Shown here: positions 11,110-20,017 of the stretch, one piece after another
Position numbering within the stretch: the first letter of the stretch is position 1
Layout of the letters: each line of letters begins with the position of its first letter
NCBI GenBank assembly: GCA_963727505.1
Contig: CAVSGP010000004.1
Coordinates: 800,001 to 864,000 of the forward strand
Direction of reading: 5' to 3'
Length of the DNA stretch: 64,000 nucleotides
Source of the DNA: an uncultured Trueperaceae bacterium
GTDB taxonomy: Bacteria; Deinococcota; Deinococci; Deinococcales; Trueperaceae
Made by a program: the position numbers and the translations under genes
Notes under the pieces: model-generated
What the model was told of the DNA's origin: nothing
Seen by the model: only the letters and a program-made list of their open reading frames with translations
Databases searched by the model: none

Positions 11110-12762
11110 GTGTCGTTGCTGGACGGGAAATACGAGATCATCAGCCAGACCATGGTGGGTCGGGGCCGGACGCTCATCGAGGCCACGGCACCCGATGGAA
11201 CCCTGGTCCGGATCGAGTGGTTCGAGCTCGAGCCCGTCAAGGAACATGCCTTCGAGCGCTACCGCCGCCTGCTGAAGCGCCTCAAGCGCGAAGGCAAGGC
11301 CGCTGTGTACGACGTGATCTCTCGCCCGGGCGCGCACTACGTGGCCTGGGAGAGCGCCGGCGACGGCCTGCCGCAGGCCCATGACGCCGCCATCGACGCC
11401 GCCCTTCAGGAGGACGGTTTCGACACCGGCTCCGCCGACGTCCGACGCAACGGCCGCACCACCCGGCTCTACGGTCTCACCTGGGACGGCGGCACCCCGG
11501 TGCAGCAGCACCACGTGGAGCCCGAGCCCACCCCGCGGCGGGGTGCTTGGCGCCCGGCCCTTCCCGAGCGGTTCGCGCCCTGGGCTGTCGCGCTCTTGCT
11601 CATGGTCGCGTCGGTCGCGCTGCTGGCGGGGGGCTTCCTGCGACGTACCAACAACCGCACGGTGCAGGTCCCCGACGTGGTCGGGCAGAACATCAACGAC
11701 GCTCAGCGTGCACTGGCGCGGCTCGACCTCAAACCCGACCCCACCCCGCTTGAGTCGTCGAGTGCGGCGGGGACGGTGCTCTCGGTGCAACCCGCAGCGG
11801 GCACCGCGTTGCGCCCCGGGCGCACGGTGCAACTGAGCTACGCCCTGCCGCAAGGGCAGCTCGCCAGCACGCAGGTCCCGCAACTGGTCGGGCAGAGCTA
11901 CCCGGACCAGGTGACGGCCGCCCTGCAGAAGGCGGGGCTCGAACTGGGGACGATCGCCCGCATCCACGCCTCGACCCCGGCCGGCGTGGTGCTGGCCCAG
12001 TCCGCTCCGAGCGCCTCGAAGCTGGCACACGGCCAGCCCGTGGATGTGCTGGTCAGCCTCGGCCCCTTGCCGCAGCAGACCTTCCTGCCGAACCTGGTCG
12101 GATTATCCGTCGACGACGCGCGCTACCTGGCGGGCGTCGCCGGCCTCACCCCGGACCAGATCCTGGAGGACAAGGTGAATGCCCCGGACGGCTACCCCGG
12201 CGAGGTCTTGAGCCAGTCGCTGGCGCCCCACCTGTCCGAACCCGTGGACGAGTCGATCCTGCGGCTGGTGGTGCAGCAGGGCATCCCGACCTCCGGCCAA
12301 CAGGCGGCGAGCGTGCCCTCGGTGGTCGGAATGCCCCTCGACCAGGCCGAGGCGGCGGCGGCGGGCTACACCGTCACGACGACCACCGTCGAGTCGCCGC
12401 TGCTCCCCGAAGGCGTCGTGCTGCAGACGCCGGCACCGGGCGCCGATCCAGGCGACCGTACGCTGGCGCTCACCGTCAACGTGCACCCCGTCCCGCTCGG
12501 GGACCCCGGCGCCTTCGCCACGGTGAAACAACCGTCGTTGCGGCACGTCCCGTACGCCTGGAACATCCAACCCGGCATCTCCCAGCAGGTGGCGATGGTC
12601 TACGCCCGTCCCCTGAACGGCCAGCGCACCCTCGTCAACCGCACCACGGTGCAGGGCGGCGAGCAGTTGCAGGGCACCTGGCTCACCACCTACCCCGGCC
12701 CGGTCACCTTCACGCTCGAGCTCAACGGCCAACCCTACGGCTCCCCCCTGTTCGTTCCCTGA
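11110..12762 (+). CDS. PASTA domain-containing membrane protein with a degenerate kinase-like N-terminus
   Basis: TM helix followed by four PASTA-like repeats (VPDVVG, VPQLVG, LPNLVG, VPSVVG). N-terminus LLDGKYEII. Confidence 0.85.
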   Translation: MSLLDGKYEIISQTMVGRGRTLIEATAPDGTLVRIEWFELEPVKEHAFERYRRLLKRLKREGKAAVYDVISRPGAHYVAWESAGDGLPQAHDAAIDAALQEDGFDTGSADVRRNGRTTRLYGLTWDGGTPVQQHHVEPEPTPRRGAWRPALPERFAPWAVALLLMVASVALLAGGFLRRTNNRTVQVPDVVGQNINDAQRALARLDLKPDPTPLESSSAAGTVLSVQPAAGTALRPGRTVQLSYALPQGQLASTQVPQLVGQSYPDQVTAALQKAGLELGTIARIHASTPAGVVLAQSAPSASKLAHGQPVDVLVSLGPLPQQTFLPNLVGLSVDDARYLAGVAGLTPDQILEDKVNAPDGYPGEVLSQSLAPHLSEPVDESILRLVVQQGIPTSGQQAASVPSVVGMPLDQAEAAAAGYTVTTTTVESPLLPEGVVLQTPAPGADPGDRTLALTVNVHPVPLGDPGAFATVKQPSLRHVPYAWNIQPGISQQVAMVYARPLNGQRTLVNRTTVQGGEQLQGTWLTTYPGPVTFTLELNGQPYGSPLFVP

Positions 12763-12875
12763 AGCCGGCGGCGGAGGGCGATTGTTGCCCGGAGCGGCCT
12801 TCGGCAGGGCAAGGACGCGGTAGAGTATCGGCCGGCCCGCGGACCCGCGCCCGCTCAACGTCTCCGGAGGGGAAC

Positions 12876-14639
12876 GTGCTGCAGACGATTCGCGACCTCT
12901 CGCGCCACGTGCGCAATCACGCCCGGGCCTATCTCCTGGGCGTAGCCATGATGATCGTCAACGCGTTCTTCACGACGCTGACGCCGATCATCCCGGGCAT
13001 GGCCATCGACGCCCTGAAGCAGGGGTCCATGACCATGGAGCGGATGTGGCTCTTCGTCGCGGCCCTGCTCGGCACCGCCCTGGCCGGCGGCCTCTCCATG
13101 ATCATCGTGCGACGCTCCCTGCTGGCTTCCAGCTGGGAGATCCAGTTCGACGTGCGCCGCGATCTCTTCCGGCACTTCGCCAGACTCGACAGCGCCTACT
13201 ACGACAACCACCGCGTCGGGGACCTGATGGCGCGCCTGACAGCCGACCTCAACGCGGTGCGCATGTTCGTCGGGGTGGGCGCCTTCCAGGCCATCAACAC
13301 GACGCTGCTGCTGGCGTTCACGGTGACGCGGATGTTCCGCTTGAGCCCCAGTCTCACGCTCATGATGCTGGGGATCATGCCCGTCATCTCGCTGACCTTC
13401 TTCGTGTTCATGCGCATCATCCACCGGCGCTACCAGAAGGTGCAGGAGCAGTTCAGCGAGGTCTCCGCGATGGCGCAGGAGAACTTCGACGGCATGCGCG
13501 TGGTGAAGGGCTTCGGCATCGAGAGCCGGCACCTCGGCACCTTCCGCCGCCTCAACGACGAGTACATCCGCCGCTATCTCTCCCTGAGCCGCGTCGACGG
13601 CCCCCTCGACCCCATGATGGAGACGCTGTTCGGGATCGCCGTGACGCTGCTGCTGCTGGTCGGCGGACGCTACGTGCTAGGCGTAGGCGGCAACCTGACC
13701 ATCGGCCAGTTCTCGAGCTTCGTGTTCCTTTTCAACGGCATCCAGTGGCCGCTCATCGCACTGGGCTGGATCGCCAACCTGGCACAGCGCGGGTCCACCT
13801 CCTGGCACCGGCTGCGCGAGATCCTCGACAGCGAACCCGCCATCCAGGACGGTCCCGAGACCGACTACGGCCTGCGCCGGATCCGCGGTGAGATCGAGTT
13901 CCGCGACGTCAGCGTGGCTTTCGACGGACTTCCGGCACTGGAGAGCGTCAGCTTCCACATCCGTCCCGGCGAGAGCATCGGCATCACCGGCCGGACGGGT
14001 GCCGGCAAGACCTTGATCGCCAGCCTCGTGGGGCGCGTGCTCGACCCCGACTCCGGCCAGATCCTGCTCGACGGCATCGACGTCAAGCGCTACCCGGTGG
14101 CGGTGGTGCGGCGCTTCATCGGCCTGGTACCGCAGGAGCCCTTCCTGTTCAGCGACACCATCGCCGAGAACATCGCCTACGGCGTGCCGGAGACCGACGT
14201 CGAGCGCATGATGCCGGAAGTGGAGCGCGCGGCCGCCCTGGCGCAGCTCGCCGAGGACGTGGAAGGCTTCCCGCTGGGCTACGAGACGCCGCTGGGCGAG
14301 CGGGGCGTCACGCTGTCCGGCGGTCAGCGCCAGCGCACCGCCATCGCCCGCGCCATCGTGCGCGACCCCCCGGTCCTGATCTTCGACGACGCCCTGTCGG
14401 CGGTCGACACGCAGACCGAAGCGCGCATCCTGGAGGGGCTCGAGCAGGTCCAGCGCGGCCGCACCACGCTCATCGTGGCGCACCGCATCAGCGCCTTCCA
14501 GCACTGCGACCGCGTACTCGTGCTCGATCGCGGCCGCATCACCGAGGAGGGCACCCATGAGGACCTCCTCGCCGAGGACGGCTGGTACGCCGACATGCAC
14601 CGCCGCCAGCAGCTCGAAGCCGATCTGGAGGCCGCATGA
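12876..14639 (+). CDS. ABC exporter subunit (TMD-NBD), heterodimer half 1
   Basis: GRTGAGKT, LSGGQRQR, Walker B IFDD (catalytic Glu replaced by Asp), AHR. Confidence 0.93.
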   Translation: MLQTIRDLSRHVRNHARAYLLGVAMMIVNAFFTTLTPIIPGMAIDALKQGSMTMERMWLFVAALLGTALAGGLSMIIVRRSLLASSWEIQFDVRRDLFRHFARLDSAYYDNHRVGDLMARLTADLNAVRMFVGVGAFQAINTTLLLAFTVTRMFRLSPSLTLMMLGIMPVISLTFFVFMRIIHRRYQKVQEQFSEVSAMAQENFDGMRVVKGFGIESRHLGTFRRLNDEYIRRYLSLSRVDGPLDPMMETLFGIAVTLLLLVGGRYVLGVGGNLTIGQFSSFVFLFNGIQWPLIALGWIANLAQRGSTSWHRLREILDSEPAIQDGPETDYGLRRIRGEIEFRDVSVAFDGLPALESVSFHIRPGESIGITGRTGAGKTLIASLVGRVLDPDSGQILLDGIDVKRYPVAVVRRFIGLVPQEPFLFSDTIAENIAYGVPETDVERMMPEVERAAALAQLAEDVEGFPLGYETPLGERGVTLSGGQRQRTAIARAIVRDPPVLIFDDALSAVDTQTEARILEGLEQVQRGRTTLIVAHRISAFQHCDRVLVLDRGRITEEGTHEDLLAEDGWYADMHRRQQLEADLEAA

Positions 14640-16603
14640 TGGATGCCGCCGAACGTCTCGGCGCGCCCCGCGCCGTGACGGACATGGACCTGCCTGACTA
14701 CTCGGTCGAGGAGGCGAAGGCGGAGTTCCGGCGGCTGCGTCGCAGCCGCCGCGGCCGCATGCGCGAGGAGAGCAGGCTCGACGAGGACGGCGAGGCCTTC
14801 GAGAAGTCCTTCGACTGGCAGATCATGGGCCGGCTCATGGCCTACCTGAAGCCCTACCGGCTGCAGCTCGGCGTGGCCATCGGCCTGCTGCTGGCCTACA
14901 GCGCCGTGACGCCCGCCTTCCCGACGTTGCTGGCCATGGCCGTCGACCGTTACATCATCGCCGACAAGGCGCCCTTCAGCGGCCTCAGCATGGACCAGCG
15001 GCTGCACGGGCTCACCGTCATCGTGCTGATCTACCTGGGGCTGCGCCTGGTCAACTTCGGCTTGCGCTACGGCTACACCTACCTGGTGGACTGGCTCGGC
15101 CAACACATCATCTACGACATCCGCGGCGAGATCTTCGCCAAGATCCAGCGGCTGCACATGGGCTTCTTCGATCGCACCCCCGTCGGCCGCCTCATCACGC
15201 GCATCACCAGCGACGTCGACGCGGTGCAGACCATGATGACCGACGGCGTGGTGGGCCTGATCGCCGACATCGGCATGGTGACGGGGCTGCTGGTGTACAT
15301 GTTCAGCATCAACTGGCGCCTGGCGCTCATCACGCTGACCGTCATGCCGGTGTTGTTCCTGGTGCTCAACCTGCTCAGGCGCCGCATCCGCGACGCCTAC
15401 CGGGCGGTACGGCTGCGCACCTCGCGCTCCAACGCCTACCTGGCGGAGAACCTGGGGGGCATGCGCACGGTGCAGCTGTTCAACCGCGAGGCCCGCAACG
15501 AACGCAGCTTCGACCGCATCAACCTGGGCCTGCTCGACGCCTACTCCGAGCAGATCCGCTGGTTCAGCCTGTTCTGGCCCACCGTCAGCATCCTGTCGGC
15601 GGTATCGATGGCGATGATCCTGTACTACGGCGCCCTCGAGATCGTCGGGCCGGGTCTCTCCAACACCGTCACCATCGGGGTGCTGGTCGCCTACATCCAG
15701 TTCTCCAACATGTTCTTCCGCCCGCTCCAGGACCTGTCGGACAAGTTCAACATCATGCAGGCGGCGATGGCCTCCTCGGAACGCATCTTCGGGCTGCTCG
15801 ACACCCCCGAGCAGATCGGTGACCGGGCGGACGCCGCCCCCTTCGAGACCGCCTTCCGCGGCGAGGTCGCCTTCGATCACGTCCACTTCGCCTACAACGC
15901 CGAGGATTGGGTGCTGCGCGACGTCAACTTCACCATCAGGCCGGGGGAGTCCGTCGCGTTCGTGGGCCATACCGGCGCCGGCAAGACCACCATCATCAGC
16001 CTCATCAGTCGCTTCTACGACGTCCAGCGGGGAGCGGTCCGCATCGACGGTCGCGACGTGCGCGACTACGACCAGATCGAGCTGCGGCGCCACGTGGGCA
16101 TCGTGCTGCAGGACCCGTTCCTGTTCAGCGGCACGGTGCGCAGCAACATCACGCTGGGCGACGACAGCATCCCGCAAGAGCAGGTCGAGCAGGCCGCCCG
16201 CTTCGTCAACGCCCACGACTTCATCGCGCGGCTCCCCGGCGGCTACGACACCGCGGTGCGCGAGCGGGGCGCCGGCTTCTCGACCGGCCAGAAGCAGCTC
16301 ATCGCCTTCGCGCGGGCGCTGGTGCAGAACCCCGACATCCTGCTGGTGCTCGACGAGGCCACCGCCAATGTCGACACCGAGACCGAGGAGCTCATCCAGG
16401 ACGCACTCCAGAAGCTCATGCAGGGGCGCACCAGCATCATCATCGCGCACCGGCTCTCCACCATCCAGAACGTGGACCGCATCCTGGTGATGCGCAAGGG
16501 CAAGCTCATCGAGGAAGGCAGCCACGCCGAGCTGCTCCAGGAGGACGGCTACTACCGCAAGCTCTACGAGCTGCAGTTCCAGGAGCGCCCGGACCCGAGC
16601 TGA
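14636..16603 (+). CDS. ABC exporter subunit (TMD-NBD), heterodimer half 2
   Basis: GHTGAGKT, degenerate signature FSTGQ, VLDE. ATGA overlap with its partner; TmrAB-type asymmetry. Confidence 0.93.
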   Translation: MMDAAERLGAPRAVTDMDLPDYSVEEAKAEFRRLRRSRRGRMREESRLDEDGEAFEKSFDWQIMGRLMAYLKPYRLQLGVAIGLLLAYSAVTPAFPTLLAMAVDRYIIADKAPFSGLSMDQRLHGLTVIVLIYLGLRLVNFGLRYGYTYLVDWLGQHIIYDIRGEIFAKIQRLHMGFFDRTPVGRLITRITSDVDAVQTMMTDGVVGLIADIGMVTGLLVYMFSINWRLALITLTVMPVLFLVLNLLRRRIRDAYRAVRLRTSRSNAYLAENLGGMRTVQLFNREARNERSFDRINLGLLDAYSEQIRWFSLFWPTVSILSAVSMAMILYYGALEIVGPGLSNTVTIGVLVAYIQFSNMFFRPLQDLSDKFNIMQAAMASSERIFGLLDTPEQIGDRADAAPFETAFRGEVAFDHVHFAYNAEDWVLRDVNFTIRPGESVAFVGHTGAGKTTIISLISRFYDVQRGAVRIDGRDVRDYDQIELRRHVGIVLQDPFLFSGTVRSNITLGDDSIPQEQVEQAARFVNAHDFIARLPGGYDTAVRERGAGFSTGQKQLIAFARALVQNPDILLVLDEATANVDTETEELIQDALQKLMQGRTSIIIAHRLSTIQNVDRILVMRKGKLIEEGSHAELLQEDGYYRKLYELQFQERPDPS

Positions 16604-16757
16604 CGGACGGCGCCCCTGGGACGGCCGTCCCTTGTCGCGGCCCGGAATCCGGCGCCATGCTGCCCCCGGCCGCCGGGCCCGCCACGCAGAGGGTGCGCGG
16701 CGTCGGCGCCCGCGGCGGCTTCGACGTCAGCTACCGCTCCGAACCCGCCGCGGGCGG

Positions 16758-17561
16758 TTAGAGCCCGGCGAAGAGGTCGTCGACGGGAGGCTCCGGGAAG
16801 GCGCCGCGAGCGCCGCCCAGCGTGAACGTCTCGTGGCCCATGAAGGCGCGCCAGCCCTCCTCGTCGCCCGAGGCGCCCGCGAAGCTGGAGCGCGGCCCCA
16901 CCTGGCTGCGGTGCGCGCGGATGGCGCGCTCCTTGGCCTCCACCCACACCGACACGTCGAGCACGGCCGCGAACGAGTCCTCGCTGACGCCGTAGAGGCC
17001 GGGGTCGAGCCGGGCCATGGGGCCCTCGTTGCGGCTCTCCTGCATCCGGCGCATCCGATCGACCGAGATGGCGTTGTAGAACAGACGCCGCGGAGGGGCC
17101 TTCGTGACGCCACCGGCCGACCAGAAGGCGGCGGTGGCAGCACGCTGGATGCGGATGTGGTCGATGTGGCCGTAGGCCCCGTGCGGATCGAAGGTGAGCA
17201 TCACCTGGGGCTCGAGCTCGGCGATGAGCGGCCGCAGCACCGCCTCGAGGTCGAACTCGTCGACGTTCATGAGCGCCCTGGGATCGTCGTAGCGGGTGCG
17301 TTCCTGACGCCCGGAGTCGTGATAGTCGAGGAAGATGGGCTCCTCGATCCCGAGGGCGCGGCAGGCTTCACGCAACTCGGCCTCCCGCAGTACTCCCACG
17401 TCGACGTCGGGATCGATGTCGGGATCGGTGATCTTGCCCGATTCCCCGCGCGTGGCGCAGATGAGGCGGACGTCGAGCCCCGCCGCGGCGTAGCGGGCGA
17501 GCGTGCCGCCGGTGCCGAACGCTTCGTCGTCGGGGTGGGCGTAGACAGCGAGCAGCGTCAT
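16758..17561 (-). CDS. PIG-L family deacetylase (BshB/MshB/Mca-like)
   Basis: AHPDDE, TRGE, REAELREA, YGHIDH, AHRSQ. Confidence 0.92.
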   Translation of the reverse strand: MTLLAVYAHPDDEAFGTGGTLARYAAAGLDVRLICATRGESGKITDPDIDPDVDVGVLREAELREACRALGIEEPIFLDYHDSGRQERTRYDDPRALMNVDEFDLEAVLRPLIAELEPQVMLTFDPHGAYGHIDHIRIQRAATAAFWSAGGVTKAPPRRLFYNAISVDRMRRMQESRNEGPMARLDPGLYGVSEDSFAAVLDVSVWVEAKERAIRAHRSQVGPRSSFAGASGDEEGWRAFMGHETFTLGGARGAFPEPPVDDLFAGL

Positions 17562-17633
17562 GTCATCATCCTACGTCGCTGACGCGCGGCGGCCGGTCGC
17601 GCATGGATCGGCGTCGCGACCGCTCGCCGACCC

Positions 17634-17686
17634 CCTCACAATCCTCACGCCACCCTCAAGTCCACCTCAGGGGTCGGCGCTACGGT
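17634..17686 (+). promoter_or_regulatory. CCTCA direct repeats plus a -10-like TACGGT upstream of the candidate sRNA
   Basis: CCTCA at 17634, 17643, 17654 and 17665 (spacing 9, 11, 11); TACGGT at 17681-17686. Confidence 0.45.
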
Positions 17687-17692
17687 TGGAGG

Positions 17693-17777
17693 TGCAGGGC
17701 GACGTCGTAACACCTCCTAGACACACGTGACCCCTCCACGAAAGGCCGGACCGCCCTCTCCGGCCTTTCATTTTTTT
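17693..17777 (+). ncRNA. Candidate small regulatory RNA (about 85 nt)
   Basis: A + strand intrinsic terminator lies between two minus-strand genes. CACCTCCT anti-SD sits in a predicted loop and there is no ORF. The 5' end is estimated from the -10 box. Confidence 0.55.
17740..17777 (+). terminator. Rho-independent terminator
   Basis: GAAAGGCCGGA/TCCGGCCTTTC stem followed by ATTTTTTT. Confidence 0.85.
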
Positions 17778-17782
17778 GGTCC

Positions 17783-18331
17783 CTACTGCTTCAGGACCTT
17801 GACACGGTAGAAGAACGGCAGCTCCTGGCCGGGCTCCATGGGAGCGAGCACGGTCCAGCGCACCGTGGTGTAGCTCGTCGGCTCGGCCACCTTGCGCGCA
17901 CCACCGCTTCCCACCAGCACCGGCGGCTTGGAGAAGGCCTTGCCGCCGTCGGCGGAGAACTCCGTCAACAGGCTGTCGGACGATGGGGTCGCGGAGTTGG
18001 GGACGTACTCCATGCCGTCGGGAACGGGGCTGGTGATCTGCACCACGCCAGCGGGGAGGGTCGTGTCGGACGCGTTCTTGGCGAAGAGCCGGTACTCCAC
18101 GATCTGGCCGGGGCGAGCCGTGTCCGCCTTGCTCAGCTTCTCGCCCTTCGAGCCGTCACTCTTGGTGACCTCGCTGACGACGTAGATCTCGGTACGGATC
18201 TGGACCGGGTTGCTGGTCGCCGACGTGCTGCCGCCGGACTGCGGGCCGGAGTCCTGCGCCAACGCCAGCCCCAGCGGCAGGAGGGCGAAGAGCGCGGCTC
18301 CGAGGAGGAGAGCTTTCCGTCGTGATCTCAT
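17783..18331 (-). CDS. Secreted protein, DUF11/conserved-repeat Ig-like
   Basis: Signal peptide (LALA|Q), ARPGQIVEYRLFAKN, PVPDGMEYVPNSA, FSADGG, VRW. Confidence 0.75.
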   Translation of the reverse strand: MRSRRKALLLGAALFALLPLGLALAQDSGPQSGGSTSATSNPVQIRTEIYVVSEVTKSDGSKGEKLSKADTARPGQIVEYRLFAKNASDTTLPAGVVQITSPVPDGMEYVPNSATPSSDSLLTEFSADGGKAFSKPPVLVGSGGARKVAEPTSYTTVRWTVLAPMEPGQELPFFYRVKVLKQ

Positions 18332-18405
18332 CGGCTCACACTACCAGGACAGCATGACGGGCTCTTGAAAGCTCGCTGAAGGTTCGACCAAGGCCGCGCG
18401 CGTCG

Positions 18406-19566
18406 TCAGCGACTCTGCTGGGCCGGTCCGGCCTGGCTGCTCCCGGGCGCGGCGGCGCCGCTTCCGCCCGGGGACGAGCCTGCGAACGTGACGTAGGGCT
18501 CCGCTTCGGCAACGCCGTTCCGGGCGGCCGCCCGGAACCACCGCAGCGCCTGCGGGAAGTCCTGGGACACGCCGGTGCCGTGGAACAGCGCCAGGGCGTA
18601 CTGGAACTGCGCTGGACCGTACCCTTCCTCGGCCGCCTGCTGAAACTGCGCCGCCGCCTGGCCCGGATCACGCGGCACGCCCATCCCCCGCAAGTAGAGC
18701 TTGCCGAGCGCCACCTGCGCCTGGGGATAGCTCTGGTTCGCGGCCAGGCGGTACCAGGCGGCCGCATCGTGGTTGCTCCAGGCGCGTCCCTGACCGTTCT
18801 CGGCCATGTAGCCCAGCATGTACTGGGCACGCGGGTCGCCCGCCTGCGCCAACGGCGTCCACAGGCGCCGCGCATCGACGAAGTCGCCGTCGTTGTACGC
18901 ACGCATGCCGGCCGCCACGCTGCCGGAGGCACGCGCGCGGCCGCTCTCCATCCCGTTGATCGCCTGCAATGCCAGCAACAACACGAGCGAGGCCGCGAAG
19001 CCGATGAGCAGGTAGCCCCGCAGACCCAGCGTGCGGGACGGCGGACGCCTGTTCGCAGGAGGCGTCGCCGGTGGCGGGCCGGACCCCTTCGGGCGGCCAG
19101 GCTCGCGATCGTCGGGGTCGAGCGCGCTCCCTTCCCCTCGGGCCAGCGCAGCGATGTCGGGCTCCTCGTGGGGCGAGGGTACCCAGCGCGTGGACGACAG
19201 GAACAGGGTCGAGGGGGTCGCCTGCTCGGCACGCTCCCGACCCGGAAGCACGCTCCCTTCGGCGACGTCGGTCGAGGGGTTCGACGACGAGGGGCTCGAC
19301 GGCACCCGGCCCGCTGCGTCGGCGCCACGGACCGACACGGCCACCCCCGCCTCGGCGAAGGCCCTCGCGATCAGATCGGCCTTCTCCTGCAGGACAGGCT
19401 TGGTCACGGGCCCGGTGCGACCGTCGAGAAGCTTGCGCAGGCGGGCCGGATCCATGCCGAAGCGTGCGGCGATCGTGGCAGCGACATCCCCCACCACATC
19501 GCCGGGCACCGGCTCCCTGACCTCGACAACGAACCGATTCTCCGGCACGGCTCCCTCCCGCGACAT
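18406..19566 (-). CDS. Sel1-repeat membrane protein
   Basis: TM followed by three SLRs (AQYMLGYM.ENG.G, AQVALGKLYLRGMG, AQFQYALAL.HG.G). TACAAT lies 6 nt before ATG. Confidence 0.85.
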   Translation of the reverse strand: MSREGAVPENRFVVEVREPVPGDVVGDVAATIAARFGMDPARLRKLLDGRTGPVTKPVLQEKADLIARAFAEAGVAVSVRGADAAGRVPSSPSSSNPSTDVAEGSVLPGRERAEQATPSTLFLSSTRWVPSPHEEPDIAALARGEGSALDPDDREPGRPKGSGPPPATPPANRRPPSRTLGLRGYLLIGFAASLVLLLALQAINGMESGRARASGSVAAGMRAYNDGDFVDARRLWTPLAQAGDPRAQYMLGYMAENGQGRAWSNHDAAAWYRLAANQSYPQAQVALGKLYLRGMGVPRDPGQAAAQFQQAAEEGYGPAQFQYALALFHGTGVSQDFPQALRWFRAAARNGVAEAEPYVTFAGSSPGGSGAAAPGSSQAGPAQQSR

Positions 19567-19683
19567 CCTCTCATTGTACGCTCGTGCCGTGCCCGCCGCC
19601 GTTCGGAATTCCGCGTCGGGTGGTGCCCCTGCCGCGCACGATGCCGCTGCCCGGCACGACGGCGGTGCTATCGTGGGGCACTC

Positions 19684-20013
19684 ATGAAGCTGCTCCTGAC
19701 GATCGTTCAGGACGCCGACGCCCCGCGTCTGCAAGAGGCCCTCATCAGCGAGGGTCTTCAGTCGACCAAGCTGGCGTCCACCGGCGGGTTCCTCCACGAG
19801 GGCAACACCACGCTGATCATCGGGGTCGACGACGACGCCGTGGACAGCGTGAAGGCGATCATCGCCGCCACCTGCCGGGAGCGCACCAAGATCACCAGCG
19901 CGGCCTCCCCCATCCACGCCCTCGAGGGTGTCTTCGCGAGCCAGCCGATGGAGGTGCCCGTGGGCGGCGCCATCGTCTTCGTCCTGAACGTCGATGCGTT
20001 CGAACGCTTGTGA
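19684..20013 (+). CDS. darA: Cyclic-di-AMP receptor (PII-like DarA/PstA, DUF970)
   Basis: MKLLLTIVQDAD, TKLASTGGFLHEGNTT, VGGAIVFVLNVD. Confidence 0.9.
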   Translation: MKLLLTIVQDADAPRLQEALISEGLQSTKLASTGGFLHEGNTTLIIGVDDDAVDSVKAIIAATCRERTKITSAASPIHALEGVFASQPMEVPVGGAIVFVLNVDAFERL

Positions 20014-20017
20014 CCGG

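Noticed and set aside
9358..12030. 890-aa minus-strand ORF
   Set aside because: Antisense shadow of ftsH and the PASTA gene, typical of high-GC DNA. The same applies to 4763..6208, 14324..16525, 27502..29475, 28205..30142 and 46339..48210.
18580..19683. Apparent 477-aa fusion ending in DarA
   Set aside because: The upstream part is antisense to the Sel1 gene; DarA starts at 19684.
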